Shown one piece after another: positions 1-12,528 of a stretch of 64,000 nucleotides of DNA. This stretch comes from Basidiobolus meristosporus CBS 931.73 (lineage: Eukaryota; Fungi; Basidiobolomycota). The notes below the pieces were generated by a model. It did not search any database, was not told the DNA's origin, and saw only the letters and a program-made list of their open reading frames with translations. How positions within the stretch are numbered: the stretch's first letter is position 1; each line of letters starts with the position of its first letter. The position numbers and the translations under genes were made by a program. Location: positions 1 to 64,000 of the forward strand of contig MCFE01000336.1 in the NCBI GenBank assembly GCA_002104905.1. Reading direction: 5' to 3'.

Positions 1-1697
1 GATTGGTGTAGGTTATAGTGAATGCCAATTTACGATCCTTAGCTATACACGCATCCAACAACCTAAATGTTAGTATTTGCACAAAGCTCAATGAGGGGAT
101 GTCGTAGACTCGGAACAGAAGCACCATCGAGCTTTTATATGGGGATTCTCAGACAAGATTTTACGTAGACTTGCCGCTCATTTACCCTACCTATAACAGT
201 GGACAATCCTCCCGTATTTGTTGTTACACGATACTCCAACTCATGTATCATCCGTCAAATTCGAATGCCTTAAGGCTCCTCGAGTTTACGGATTCTAGCA
301 AGTGACAAGGGCACTTGACCGAGGATGGTACAAAAAATTTATCATCACATTATACACTAGATTTCATTTGAAAGCTATGAATTACTAATGACTCCGTGAG
401 ATACTCGGAAATTTGTTACCATTCAAACCTGATTCATCCGGGAGCAGTCGTTACCTGTACTCTTCGATGTATTTAGATTGTGACGAGCGCCAACCAGTTA
501 CGACAACCGTTATCTTACACAAATGCTCATCGCCGGTACTGATTGGAGCACCATTACCATGATAGACCCATTTTCACACGTACACAGCTTGCCAGTATAG
601 CCAAAGCCTATGTGCGATAACCCGATAAGCCAGCGCTATTGGGTTTGTGATAAAGTTGGCACACGTATACATTCCCCAGATCAAATGAATTCGGAGGGTA
701 GACTTCATGATCAACAAACTGGATTCGAGCACCAAGTTTACATTCCATTGATATCTTGGATTGGATTGCTGATTGAAGTGACAAGTTTCAGATTCCTGAG
801 AACCAATGACCTGGTGACTCACGGCATGCATCAAACCTCTCAGCCAAAGCCCAACTAGCACGCCAGGACCACCAAGACATGGACGATTGCTATATTGCCT
901 CGAGGCCCAGTGGTGAGCAGACTTCTTATCGCCGGAAGATACGGAATATGCATGGTGAAGTCAATTCCTCTTGAGCATCCGCATAAATATCCTAAACTTG
1001 TACCACAGCAGTCATCCGAAGGTCTGTAAACTGCTAGTACTAAATAGTACTCTTGTTTCTGCAGTCCCTATTTGGACGTAGTGGATCAGTTTCCAAAGGC
1101 ATTCAAGGTCTAGATCAAACCTGTTTTTCACGTTCCACATGGTGGGAATTATCCGATAGAATCGACGACAGCCCAATCACCTTTCGAGTCCTATCAGATC
1201 AGTCAAGTATCAAGATCCTTGGTGAATAAATGGGTCATGCCGAGTGTCCTCAGTCTAGTAATGGATCCTCCCGTCCCCACAGACAGTGCTACAGTATAGC
1301 TCGGCACCCAAAAACACTGTATGCACTGATCACAATATCTGTGGCAACTGATTCTTCAAACTATGGCTGTGATGCTTTTGCTTCAAATCGAGCCATTCTC
1401 TAACATACGATTCATGACGTGCTCACTGATTGAAAAGACTGCGCCCAAAACAAGGGCCAATACATTGGAATCTGGTGGAATTCTTCTCTATCCATACTAT
1501 GCAACGGTTTCAGCCAAATTGCTGCAAGGTTGTGAATTCATTATTAAAGACAAACTAGGGAGCGCGGCCATGCCGCATTCTGGTGTGTTCATTCTTCCGT
1601 TCCCTTCGTGTGGTCACCCAGTATTATTGTATATTTCTCACCAACCCTTAGTCTAGAGTTACATCTATCCTTTGCGTTACCTACACATTATTCGGGT

Positions 1698-3463
1698 ATG
1701 ATTTCCAAACGAAACATTGTAAATCTAAAAGCCCTTCCTAAACCGCCAGATCGTATCGAATACAATCAAGCAAAGTTATCCGACAGGGGTCAGGGTTCAC
1801 GAAAGACCTTTGGTCTCGAAACTATGAAAGGCACCCAGCACTCTACCCTTTGGCTCCGTGGTGCTCACGAAGTACCCAGAAGGAAGAGTCTCTCCGAATT
1901 GCCTACGTTTGATCAACTTAAGGATAAACCATTGCCACCGCCGCCACCCAAATTTCCTATATTAATAAATGAATCGATCAACGTAGCACCGACCACAATC
2001 ACCGGCTTCGACTCGATTAGCTCACAAGTCAAACCTTTGTGGCTTACCGCGGAGGACAATTTCGAATCTTTGACCTCAGTCTCCAAACCTTTGGACAGCC
2101 TCGAGATATACCGTCCGCAGGATCTCTTTCGAATTGAACACAATATTAGATGCCCATCAGATCCATACTCGGCTTTTTTGGAAACAGCTGAGACAGAAAG
2201 CTTAAGCTCTACAGACGAACCCTCCAACAATTCACTGTCCAGATCTTACGATTCATTCAGACCCCCAACTTGCAAGAATCCCCCTCTTCAACATACACGC
2301 TCTGTACCATTTGACCGCTTCGGAAGCGGCGATACGTTTACCCGAAGGAAAATACGACCATCCTCATTAAGCTGGAAGCCGCAATTGCATTCACGATCAC
2401 CTTCAGCCGAGACAGTCCATGCAAAGCTTACTAGCAGTAAAGATATTTTCAAGAAGTTTTCTCAGATATGGGAATCGTTTCCATTGTCGAATAAGTATCA
2501 CAATGCTGCTACGCAAGCATCTTTCAGAAAGCTAGGGCATACCTCTGATGAACGAGTCAAGACATATAGTAATCTCTCAATGAAATACGTCGAAGTTATT
2601 ATTTCATCTAATACTTGTCTAAACAGAGCGACGTTTGAATCAATTACGGAAACACCGAACTGAAATCCACAAGTGGACACAGAATGTCAAAGCAAGAGGT
2701 CACTACTCTGAATATAGGCTTTTTGGTAAGTTGGTGTATAACTCAGGCTCGAAAGTTATTACTACTCACCCTTCTTGGAGACTTCGCCTCACGGTCTCCT
2801 CCCTTGGATAATTCCAATACTGAACAGCTCAAAAAGGTTATCAACGACGATTCTGAGTTTCTCTCTCCACCAGAGTCTGGCGGAAGGGAAGAAATTTCAC
2901 ATGCAAATACTATGATGCCTAAGCAGGGAGTACCAACTTTGTCAAATCACAATCACTTGGCGTTGAATAGCTCAACTCGAAACCAAAAACTCTCCGTTAG
3001 ATGTGCTGTTCTACGTCGTGAAGGCGAAGTCGAGCACAACAATTCCAAAGATACGCTACATGTAGGTACGACATCGCCCGAAAATCAGTTAGTTGCATCA
3101 AATTCAAAGGTGCCATCTATTAACTCAGCAATGAGTGAATCGAGGGTTGCAGTTTGCAGAGATACCTCTTGTCCAAAAGTGGACGACACCAACCATATTG
3201 GATCAAACTCTGCAAGAGCCCAAGCCGGCTTGTTATCCGATCAAGTAACATCTGGTGTCGTCGATTCTTACCCCCAAAAAAGTCCTTACAAACCTCTTCC
3301 CATCCCTCCCTCTTCTAAAAGTGTGTTTAACAGAGCAAGAAGACAATTGCAAGTTGGTCAAGGCAGATCAGTTTCTACTGCAACCTCAAGACTACCAACT
3401 AGTCAAGTTGCCGACTCTCCAAATCCTCATAAGCACGTAACCAGTAGGCAGGATGAACCATAG
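1698..3463 (+). CDS. Hypothetical Ser/Pro-rich, largely disordered protein (probably spliced; joins ORFs 1608-2663 and 2684-3463)
   Basis: Two long adjacent same-strand ORFs (351 and 259 aa). First ATG at 1698. Candidate short introns at about 2569-2626 (GTAAT...CTAAT...ACAG) and about 2725-2779 (GTAAGT...GGAG) flank a small exon reading ERRLNQLRKHRTEIHKWTQNVKARGHYSEYRLF. No recognisable domain. Confidence 0.5.
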
Positions 3464-5083
3464 CAATTTTTGTCGATAGAAAATCATCTTCATGGCATCT
3501 ATTACCTAAACTTCTGGACGGACCAAATCCGATGATGAGACCGCCCTTGTGTTTGGGATCAAATCGACTTGCCATAGCACATCGATGTGTATGTTTAGGG
3601 AATATATTTATCAGTGTTAGTACCGCCATGGCCATGTTGAGGATGGTTGACACCTTCGATTTTGACGTCATCCATATTTTGGGTTAGCGTGGGGCAACAT
3701 ACTTTTCACCATCGTGAACAATAATTAAACTGGCAACTTGCTTTTGTTTCCAGTCGGTGTAACTTACCAAGTATTCCCACCTAAAGGCAGCTATGAAACA
3801 TGTAACTATCTTGAGAACATTCTGAAACAGACCACTAACGGCTCCCTGGCGACTGTGTATCGTTTTGAAGGGATCGTGTGGAATGGTTTCATATCCCTTC
3901 GCCATTAGACCCGTTGGGTGTGCATCCAGACGTAGTATCATTTAACTATACTTGGGAGAATTTTCGAGTATCTCGGCTCGGTACTCAAACAAACTTGCTT
4001 GCAATGGTATGATTGTTGCTATCGGGCTGAGAGCGAAAATGCTCACTGCATTATAGTATTAAATACAATATTCTCGACCAAGCTACCTTTCAGAATAGCC
4101 AATGCAAAGCTGCACTGACGAGTCTTGAAAGCTTTACATCCATGGGTTATTCTAACATAGTTGTATGTGCACTTCAATTGCTTTAATATAAAAGCTATCC
4201 ATTTGTGGATGGAGGGGAGGCAGTAGAAAAAAGTAAGCATTTTTGTAATCCCCCAGAACCGAACCCTTTTCCCTTAGATGCTGTGCGTATCAGTAGGCAA
4301 CCTCTCATCTTAAAGCCTAGTAGACAGACCATTAGGGAAATTTCAATTAATAAAAAAGCATTGGGTGTTGACCAAAACAATGAGACCCAGTGATCTGGCT
4401 ACATCTTTGGCAACTATTGGTCTACCTAACATAAGATTGACCAACTGACAAATAGTGGTTTCAAATCTCTTGATAATCTCACAGATATAGGAGAACATGG
4501 AGTTTTGTGAGTGAATTGCAACAACTACCAATGATACCCATTCACCTACTCCAGGAGCGAGCATTCCATAGATCTAATGAGAATATATACTCAATTTCGT
4601 GGAGCTGTTCAACATTATGCCTTGTTCCATTAAAGCGCATTGTTAATCAAACACATATCAATCCAAGATAACCACAGGATTTGTTGATGGCTTGGAAACA
4701 CCACCAACTCTCTGCATAGAAATAAACAATTGCTATTGTAAGACCCCTAGGGTTTGAATTTAATTTAGTATGCATGTGAGTGAGATCCCAAATCAGTATT
4801 TGAATCAACTGTAAATTTCTTATTCTTCAACCCCCTCGTTATTAGATGCAAGGCATTTGTAGTGCTCCTCACTCCGACTGTTGAATTTATGAGTTCCACA
4901 TGCAGTACAAATTGCGATCCATCCGTTTCCAACCACCCTACATTTCGGACCACTACCTAACAAGTATTTAACCATTTATCATCACTCTTTCTGTGGCCAA
5001 TTCTACAGTTGACCAACCGCCCGTCTAATTCATTGCCAAGCCTCTCACCTCCCTTCGACCAGGTCCCGACACTCTACATCACA

Positions 5084-5725
5084 ATGTTGGCGAATAAAAA
5101 AAATAGGTCGTCAAACAGGTACTCGACCCGTAGTACAAACAGCACAAAAACAAACCGAAGCTCGTACCATATGGAGCTCTACACCATCGAACGCGGACTG
5201 GGCTCGAACACCCTCAACATTCACTCAAATGATAAGATTCAGTATACATTTGAGTCCAAGAGTAAATTCTTTGTAAGGACGGTGCAGTTATTTGATGCAC
5301 CGAGCAAGTGCCTTCTGTATCAGGCAAAGAGTCGGCGGATCTTGGGCTACGATGTTATTGAAAGCCAGCTATATGAGACAGATTTCAAATTCCTTCGTCC
5401 ACAATTCTCGCATGGTATTTATGGGTTTGAGGTCGACGGGATGGACTTCTTCTGGGATTTTGAGTATGCAACTCATCTCCGCTGCTTTACGACGCATGAT
5501 ATGAATCTGGTGGCCCAGTACTTTTGGAGGCCTTCAATATCCCCTTCATCACTCCGTGCCAATCTGAAAGAGACCACCAAGCTTACCGTAAAGCAACGGC
5601 CAGATGAAAGCAGTGCTGGGGGTCTAGCCCAGTTGGTCCTACTGAAGAAAGTATCAGATACCCCATCAGTAAAATCTGTCATAATATTTACTGGTTTATT
5701 ATTACTGAAGAATTCCATCTGGTAG
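5084..5725 (+). CDS. Array paralog 1; putative tubby-C-like/DUF6593-like protein, intronless
   Basis: ATG at 5084 within ORF 5009-5725. Shares motifs RRILGY, GIYGFEVDGMDFFWDFE..HLRCF..DMNLVAQYFW and C-terminal VIIFTGLLLLKNSIW with four neighbouring ORFs. The family name is from pattern recognition only. Confidence 0.8.
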   Translation: MLANKKNRSSNRYSTRSTNSTKTNRSSYHMELYTIERGLGSNTLNIHSNDKIQYTFESKSKFFVRTVQLFDAPSKCLLYQAKSRRILGYDVIESQLYETDFKFLRPQFSHGIYGFEVDGMDFFWDFEYATHLRCFTTHDMNLVAQYFWRPSISPSSLRANLKETTKLTVKQRPDESSAGGLAQLVLLKKVSDTPSVKSVIIFTGLLLLKNSIW

Positions 5726-6918
5726 CAAATGTCTTACTTTTTATTGTTGCCATTGTGTAGATAGATTTTATTGGGCATTCACCGTATGCTCATGAAGGGA
5801 TTAAACAATAGACCATAGATAGCCCACTAAAGAGTCTAACCGTTCATACAGAATTCATGTTGGTGCTGTATCCTAGTTAACGCCAGCACGGTCTAGGTAT
5901 AGCAAACTGGTTGGTGATGCTTGTGTATCACTCTAAAACGCATACAATGATCTTTGCTACCGCCATCAGCGCTTTCCAGTGACTATGACCGGTAGGGATC
6001 GCAGTAGATGCTTATCAGGCAGCCATCGTAAGTCCATGCGCTCCTTGGTAAAATCAAGTGTCGTGAATCTGGGCTGGTCTTGGATTCACATCATGGAAAA
6101 TGCTCGGGGTTCAACAAATATTGCTTCACGTAATCAGTTAAATATGGAAATTCATTCATGCTGCTGATTGCTATTATCTAGGTCGGTGTACGATAATCTT
6201 TGGCATGAACTGAGTTTGTCAACAATGTCAACCAACTTCAGACTCGTAATTAAAGGCTCTCGGACTTGGCGGTCCGAGCAGACGTAAATACCCCTTTTAC
6301 TTGACTTGTATTCTAGATTTTCCGCAGATTATCCTGATCCAAGCGATCATGATCTACCACATTGGGCTGGCGTTGATGCCTCGCATGTAGGCCTGAAGTT
6401 AAGATTTGGTTGTATACCAATAATACGCGATCGGAATTAAGCCGTAGCTCATTAGATTAATTACTAATACTGCTAGCGCAGCTATCCTTTTGATTGTTAG
6501 ATTTCACGTGGCATTAACGTGCTGCCAATGAAGTGAGAATCGGTATATGTTGATGACGCCTCTATGGATTTTCGAGCGATATGACTTGAGGGACCAAGGC
6601 ATCCACTGGCGGGCATAGGAGATTAACGATCGTCACTTTCGCCTGGTGAATTGATTGGTACTATTACATAGTTAGTATCATCTTTGCAAATACCCTTGGT
6701 GTATCCCTCCTTCTTTCCGTTATTCAAGTTGTGGTTTACATCAACCCCCTTTATAGTAGGAACAAATATGTTTGGGGAATATTAGACTGCTTTGACTATT
6801 TAAGATTAGTATGCATTTATATTAGAATTTGTAATGTAAACGGTGGTTATAAGTCCGTGATTAATCCGAGGGAGCTGCCATTAAATAGATGGCATGTAGA
6901 TTGGTCTCTGCTGTGACA

Positions 6919-6925
6919 TATAAAA
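6919..6925 (+). promoter_or_regulatory. Candidate TATA box of array paralog 2
   Basis: TATAAAA about 65 nt upstream of ATG 6987. Confidence 0.4.
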
Positions 6926-6986
6926 GCAAAAAGTAATCAGGTTTGTAAACCCCAATCAACCCATTTCTTTGGTGTCCACCTCCTTT

Positions 6987-7661
6987 ATGAACATCAATTT
7001 CGGCTCGTTGAGATTCCCTTCTAAGGGCAAGAGGAAAATCGCCACCACTTCGTTGACGAGATGGAATAGTGATGGAGGCATCCATCACACAAATAATCCC
7101 ACTCAAAAGTCCCCGCTGTCTTTCTTTATTCAAGGGGATCCACTTCGTCATGAGATCATGGTGCAGGCTCGGGGGCAGAAGATGTATTACTTTCGGACAG
7201 AAAAGAAGATTATCGGAAAGAAAGTGACCCTGTACGAATGCTCCAACAACACACCAATCTACCAGGTTAATAGCCGTAAGGCCTTCGGCTACATGGAGAT
7301 TGTTAGCAAAACGTCCCCTGTACACCTTAGATTCCCGTATCCACACTCCGGCGATGGGATGTATTCCTTCAATGCTGATGGCGCTAGGTTTGTCTGGGAC
7401 TATCGACAAGATACATATCTCAAGTGCTATGATACGACAGATATGAGTATAGTAGCAGAGCTCTTCTGGAAAGACGCCCCCTCCAACCGCTCTAGTTATT
7501 CCTCTTTTAGCTGCACCTCCATTGAAGATATCCACTACGCAAAGTATGTATCTAGGATGGTCATTGTAAGGGATAACGATCACAGTCCAACGAAGCAAAT
7601 GCTTATAGTTCTTTCTGGACTGCTGATTCTCAGAAACGCCATATGGAAGAAGTTCGAGTAA
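6987..7661 (+). CDS. Array paralog 2; putative tubby-C-like/DUF6593-like protein, intronless
   Basis: ATG at 6987. Motifs RKAFGY, GMYSFNADGARFVWDY..YLKCY..DMSIVAELFW, LIVLSGLLILRNAIW. Confidence 0.8.
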   Translation: MNINFGSLRFPSKGKRKIATTSLTRWNSDGGIHHTNNPTQKSPLSFFIQGDPLRHEIMVQARGQKMYYFRTEKKIIGKKVTLYECSNNTPIYQVNSRKAFGYMEIVSKTSPVHLRFPYPHSGDGMYSFNADGARFVWDYRQDTYLKCYDTTDMSIVAELFWKDAPSNRSSYSSFSCTSIEDIHYAKYVSRMVIVRDNDHSPTKQMLIVLSGLLILRNAIWKKFE

Positions 7662-8402
7662 GAAGCTCTTACTGTTCCATGTACCATACCATCAAATATC
7701 TTTTTGTAAATTCAACAACTATGCCATATGTACATTTCAGATATCAATGTCCAGAATAAGCTTATTAAAGTTCAAAATTTGTAGCGAGTATGATTTGTCG
7801 AGTTGTCAGCTTATTCTGTCTCATAGCAACCTAATTAGAAACAGAGACATTCTCTCTACAAGGCATTTCTCCATCGCCTGGTGAGCACCTATGACCATCA
7901 CATGTGCATTGTTGACCTATATGACTGTATATGTTGGATTTGGCTTAGCTGTTTCATACAACTAAAACCTGAGAGCTAAAGCGAAGTAAGCATCAGGTGC
8001 TCCGGCTAGCAAAACTTCATTACCACACTTGGTCCGCAATCTGTCATTTGTAATCATTCCGAAACATGAACAACTTCACCGCAGCCCCCCCTATCAAGTA
8101 ACGGCCATCCAAATTCCGTCAATTATGAAATCAATGATTTGATATCTTATCGTGTAAGTGATCCAATTTTTTTCACCAATATCGATCTAAAGAGGTGAAT
8201 AAATCACCGATTTTTGGGGGAAAGCACGAGTTGTGACTATCTGCGTTTCCTTTCGGCGGAAACTCCCCTAATTTGGATTTGATCAAACATTCGTCTTCAT
8301 TTATAGATTTTGTGAAGGACATCTCGGACCGAGACAACGTGCCTAAGATATGTAATGCGGAGGATCACAAACCATAGATATCTTCAATTCACCCCCTCGG
8401 CC

Positions 8403-8409
8403 TATATAA
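8403..8409 (+). promoter_or_regulatory. Candidate TATA box of array paralog 3
   Basis: TATATAA about 60 nt upstream of ATG 8467. Confidence 0.4.
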
Positions 8410-8466
8410 GTCGGCTGAGGCCTCCTTGCTGCTTATACATCATTCTTTTTTCTTACATCAGAGGAC

Positions 8467-9129
8467 ATGCCTTCCGTATTATTGAACTCGCGTTCAGTTT
8501 ATCCGCAGGAGAAAAAATGCTCTCTATCTCGCTCCAGTACGCTGTCGAGCAATACTGATGCCACTTCCTGGCTTACCAAATCATATTCTTATCATGGAGC
8601 CTCTTTCAATATTCGTAATGATCAAGAGAGACAAAATATTAGCGTGAGCATTAGCGGACTTTCTGGCTACACGCTTGTCAAGGAATCCGGGCTTTTGGGG
8701 AAGAAGTACTCACTATATGATGACGATAGCTTAACCCCACTCTACCATGTTCGAAGCCATCGCATTCTCGGCTATATGGAGATATCAAGCCCGAAGTTTT
8801 TGGTCAATACCCACTTTCCCTATCCCAGCCGCAGCCGCAAGAGTTATCCCTTTCAAATAGCTGGAATGAAATATTCTTGGGAGCGCGACAGTGATCAAAA
8901 TTTGAAGTGTTATAACTCTGACATGGAAATTGTCGCACAAATCTACTTTGAGGATGAAATGTCGAACCGCTCCAAACATTCGCTTAATGGCGACGAAGGC
9001 GATTCTTTCGAAATCAGCAGACTTACCGCCAAATTGGCCATTGTTCCCCAGCCTGTGTTCCAAGTCACCCATCAAACTCTGCTTATTCTTACTGGTTTGA
9101 TTATGCTGAAGTATCTTCACTGGAGTTAA
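8467..9129 (+). CDS. Array paralog 3; putative tubby-C-like/DUF6593-like protein, intronless
   Basis: Motifs HRILGY, SYPFQIAGMKYSWER..NLKCY.SDMEIVAQIYF, LLILTGLIMLKYLHW. Confidence 0.8.
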   Translation: MPSVLLNSRSVYPQEKKCSLSRSSTLSSNTDATSWLTKSYSYHGASFNIRNDQERQNISVSISGLSGYTLVKESGLLGKKYSLYDDDSLTPLYHVRSHRILGYMEISSPKFLVNTHFPYPSRSRKSYPFQIAGMKYSWERDSDQNLKCYNSDMEIVAQIYFEDEMSNRSKHSLNGDEGDSFEISRLTAKLAIVPQPVFQVTHQTLLILTGLIMLKYLHWS

Positions 9130-10869
9130 GCCCTTCGACTATGAGCTTGCCCAATATTGTATTATAAGCTAGTTTCAGTCAGGCGCGATAGCTCATTATG
9201 TATACGTAACACTTCTAATTCCTCCGCATTGCATTTGTACATACGCCATTCAGCATTCAGCATTCACCCTTTAGCCTTAGGCTGATATGATGGATCAAAT
9301 CACGATTGATCACAATAAAGAGATCCTTACCACCACATCTAATGATGCATAAATGGATAAATGATCGCCATTATTCCAGTGGCTACGAAGATTTAATAAC
9401 TCAATGGCAACACTAGTGCCGAAGTCACTACCTAGGGTGGGATTGGGTATTTCAAATCTCCATTACGCCAATGAGGACTTAGGCACAGCGTTACAATCCA
9501 AGGGGATAGTTAACACCTTACCTTAATGGTCAACCCCATCATCTGTTCTAGGGGAAATCCCGGATTGGAATGCAATCGTCGATTTGTATAGGCACGAAAG
9601 ACAGGCAGTGACCTGCGGAATAATTCATCAATTTCGCGGTAGAACGGATTCGATCAGAAGCCCAAGCAAATTAGGAATTTTTCCAATACCTAACCGTATC
9701 ACTACGTATGACCTGATTGAGGAGAAGGGGCTGGAGGTAAATCTCGCCCGATTTTCCGGTCGTCGGAAGGGCCAAATTGCCCCTCAGGGTATCTTGATCC
9801 TTGTTTTCCGCATTTACGAAATAGCCAGTGGTCCCACGTTGAGATGAGAATGGATCATAAACACAAAGCAAACTTAAATGATGGCTTCCGAGACACAATT
9901 CCACTGTCTTTCCGCAGCAGGACAGCTCAGTTGATCCGCTGTAGAACATTCTCAGTATATTCATCGCTGTAGGTAATCACAATTTAGTTCTACCAATCTA
10001 TAGAGCGTGCTCGATTCCTATGATTTCCGTCCCACTTGAACCAGGACTAGTACTGAGAACGGGCTCAGGTGATAGGCTGTAAATAGGATGATCTTTTCAA
10101 ATGAGATGGTAGGTTGATGTCTCCGAGCAGTAGCTTATTGTGGCAATACTGGCGAGGACTGGCAGGGACAGCACTAGCCGCATTTCTGTGACTCGAATGG
10201 TATTCAACCAATTACATCTACAAAATCGAACGCTGCCAACTTTGCCTGACCAATGGTTTTGATGACTATTGAATCAGCATCGCCAGTGTTAGTTTGAGAT
10301 GATACTGGATTTTCAGAGCATTCATCCGGCCGCTCACTTACAAGCTTGTGATGAGGGGTAGACAGGCGGAAGGCGCAATACCCTACCAACCTAGGTGTGA
10401 GTATTTGTGCTGATCTCGCGGTGTCTTGATTCATTTGACTTGGATCAAACATCACAGAATCGTCACTGGTCACTACACACAGGCATATGTGCTATTGGAT
10501 AGACTAGCCAGTGTTTAATGCTGGCCACGAATCTTCGCAACGGATAATAAGTCCGTTACATAGATGAGCTCGCTGGTAGGTGAATCATGGAAGTGAATTG
10601 TTCCGAAGAAAGTGGCAAAAAATAGGGTACGGGTTGTGATAAAAATGAGCTAGTGCGCGTATCGACAGGTGACTCGATGAGATCTGGAGGAGGGGAAATA
10701 GGGAACGAAAATTTTGAATGGTGTTTGCAGACCTGGAATGATTTGTTTTGTTACATTAAGTACCACCATGTTGAATAAGCTGTCGGCCATAATTGGAAGT
10801 TTCCCGTTTGGCCGAGATATTGCCATCCTATAGACTACTTCCACACAGAATTGTGGTTCTGGCTGAACT

Positions 10870-10876
10870 TATATAA
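10870..10876 (+). promoter_or_regulatory. Candidate TATA box of array paralog 4
   Basis: TATATAA about 90 nt upstream of ATG 10962. Confidence 0.4.
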
Positions 10877-10961
10877 GGCTTCCCTTGCCCAACCGACATT
10901 CGAGTGTACCTGTACACAACATTCGTTCATCTCAATAAGCCACACATCGATTGCTCATACA

Positions 10962-11534
10962 ATGTCGAGCGAAGTACTGCAACCCAGAAGTGACCCACAT
11001 CTTAGTCGCCGACTATCCAAAAGCAAGGAAGAGCGGCCCGCTGAGCTTCTGGTTTTCCAGCTGGAGAAAGAGAAGGGCTCGGATAATGTGGTTATAAAGA
11101 AGGGGGATAAAACTCACTACATATTAAAGCGGCAGTTATTTGGGAAGAAATACAGCCTAACCTCTGGCGAGTCAAGCAACACCCTTATCCGTGCGGTAAC
11201 TCATCGTGCCGTTGGTTACATCACTTTGAAAAGTGACGTATTCGCCATTCATTTCAACCTGTCGTTTCCGAAGTTTCCCCGAGGAGTGTATACCTTCGAG
11301 ATCGATGGGGTTCAATATCTCTGGGATTATGAGATGAATTCCCATATGAGATGCTTTACCGTACTGGATACGAAGCTCGTTGCACAGATCTTTTTAAACT
11401 CGAACCCCTCCTCGCCACAAGCTGTATTGCAAAATGCTAAGCTGGCTATGGTCAAGGACGTTGCGGTCTCCTCCGGAGCGCTGTCTTTGATCGTTATGAC
11501 CGGACTGCTTTTAATGAAGAAGCAGATCTGGTAG
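10962..11534 (+). CDS. Array paralog 4; putative tubby-C-like/DUF6593-like protein, intronless
   Basis: ATG at 10962 within ORF 10851-11534. Motifs HRAVGY, GVYTFEIDGVQYLWDYE..HMRCF..DTKLVAQIFL, LIVMTGLLLMKKQIW. Confidence 0.8.
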   Translation: MSSEVLQPRSDPHLSRRLSKSKEERPAELLVFQLEKEKGSDNVVIKKGDKTHYILKRQLFGKKYSLTSGESSNTLIRAVTHRAVGYITLKSDVFAIHFNLSFPKFPRGVYTFEIDGVQYLWDYEMNSHMRCFTVLDTKLVAQIFLNSNPSSPQAVLQNAKLAMVKDVAVSSGALSLIVMTGLLLMKKQIW

Positions 11535-12528
11535 CCGCTGTCAATAGAGGCAAGACACAAGCTCTGTACATGGCATCTAAACGGCCTTTTCATCCAGCGT
11601 AACGTATACCATTTCTGTTATTGTAAAAATTTTCTAGATCAGTGTTCACCTCTTTCACTTCAACGTACTTCAAATCTATGTAAAGTTTATCATGTGGTAC
11701 GTTTATCCATACGTTTGATCCATTTGCATGTTATATTTTCCATTCTATCGGGCCATCATGCTCTCAATAAAATTGATCTTAAACAAATGCCACAAATGCT
11801 TCAGCTGCGCCCATGCGTAGGACTGATGAATATGGTTATGGGGGATACCCCATGAGGCAACCTTTTTCTTAATCGAGTCATCCACGATATTGTACGCCTA
11901 TTAAATAAACGGTAATTAGCGTGCGTTTGTTTTCGTTCCGCATTGCTCATGGATTCCGTCAGGCGTTGCCCGTAAGTTGACGTACTTACATCATGGCTCC
12001 TTCTCCCCCTACGTCTTGCCATGCCACAGTTATTCATTAAGAATAAATCAGGAAAATGGTGACTGATTATGATCATGATCTGACCACAACAGATTTTCGT
12101 TCAGGTTGGTAGCACATGCCCATGGATGTTTTTATTGGGCGCGGTTGGCTGGCACAAAAAACCAGTGCTGGCTGCGTTGGGATGATTGCAGCGTCTTGGG
12201 CTGATTCTTTATTGAGCAATCTAAAAGCAGTGTACTCACCTAAATAGGTTTCTTAATCTATGGGTGACGAGATGTAGAGCATTCTCATCCAAAGGGTTTG
12301 CCGGCAAGGGGGTTTGAACAGAAGTACACCGACGATCGGAGGCTGGAATCCACCCACTGGCCAACAGCAGCTACAAGTCAAACTACTTACAAGTTGTTTA
12401 GATAATACAGATGCATACGTACAACAAAAAATCAGACAATCAATCAAATGTAGCACTGCTCATTAAGACTGCATGAAAGAAAGGGATGTTGCATATTGCA
12501 TTAAGTAATCCACCAAGGCCATTAAATG

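Noticed and set aside
1-1600. Short ORFs (574-861, 610-858, 1363-1656) and a stop-interrupted reading frame at about 110-680
   Set aside because: No recognisable motif or consistent exon structure. It could be a decayed gene, but this cannot be supported.
3466-4953. Cluster of short minus-strand ORFs
   Set aside because: Could not be assembled into a coherent spliced protein or matched to a family.
6861-7598. 245-aa minus-strand ORF, and similar antisense ORFs at 8785-9120, 18929-19414, 19608-19943, 22716-23150, 28475-28795 and 58636-58968
   Set aside because: Antisense or alternate-frame shadows of well-supported genes.
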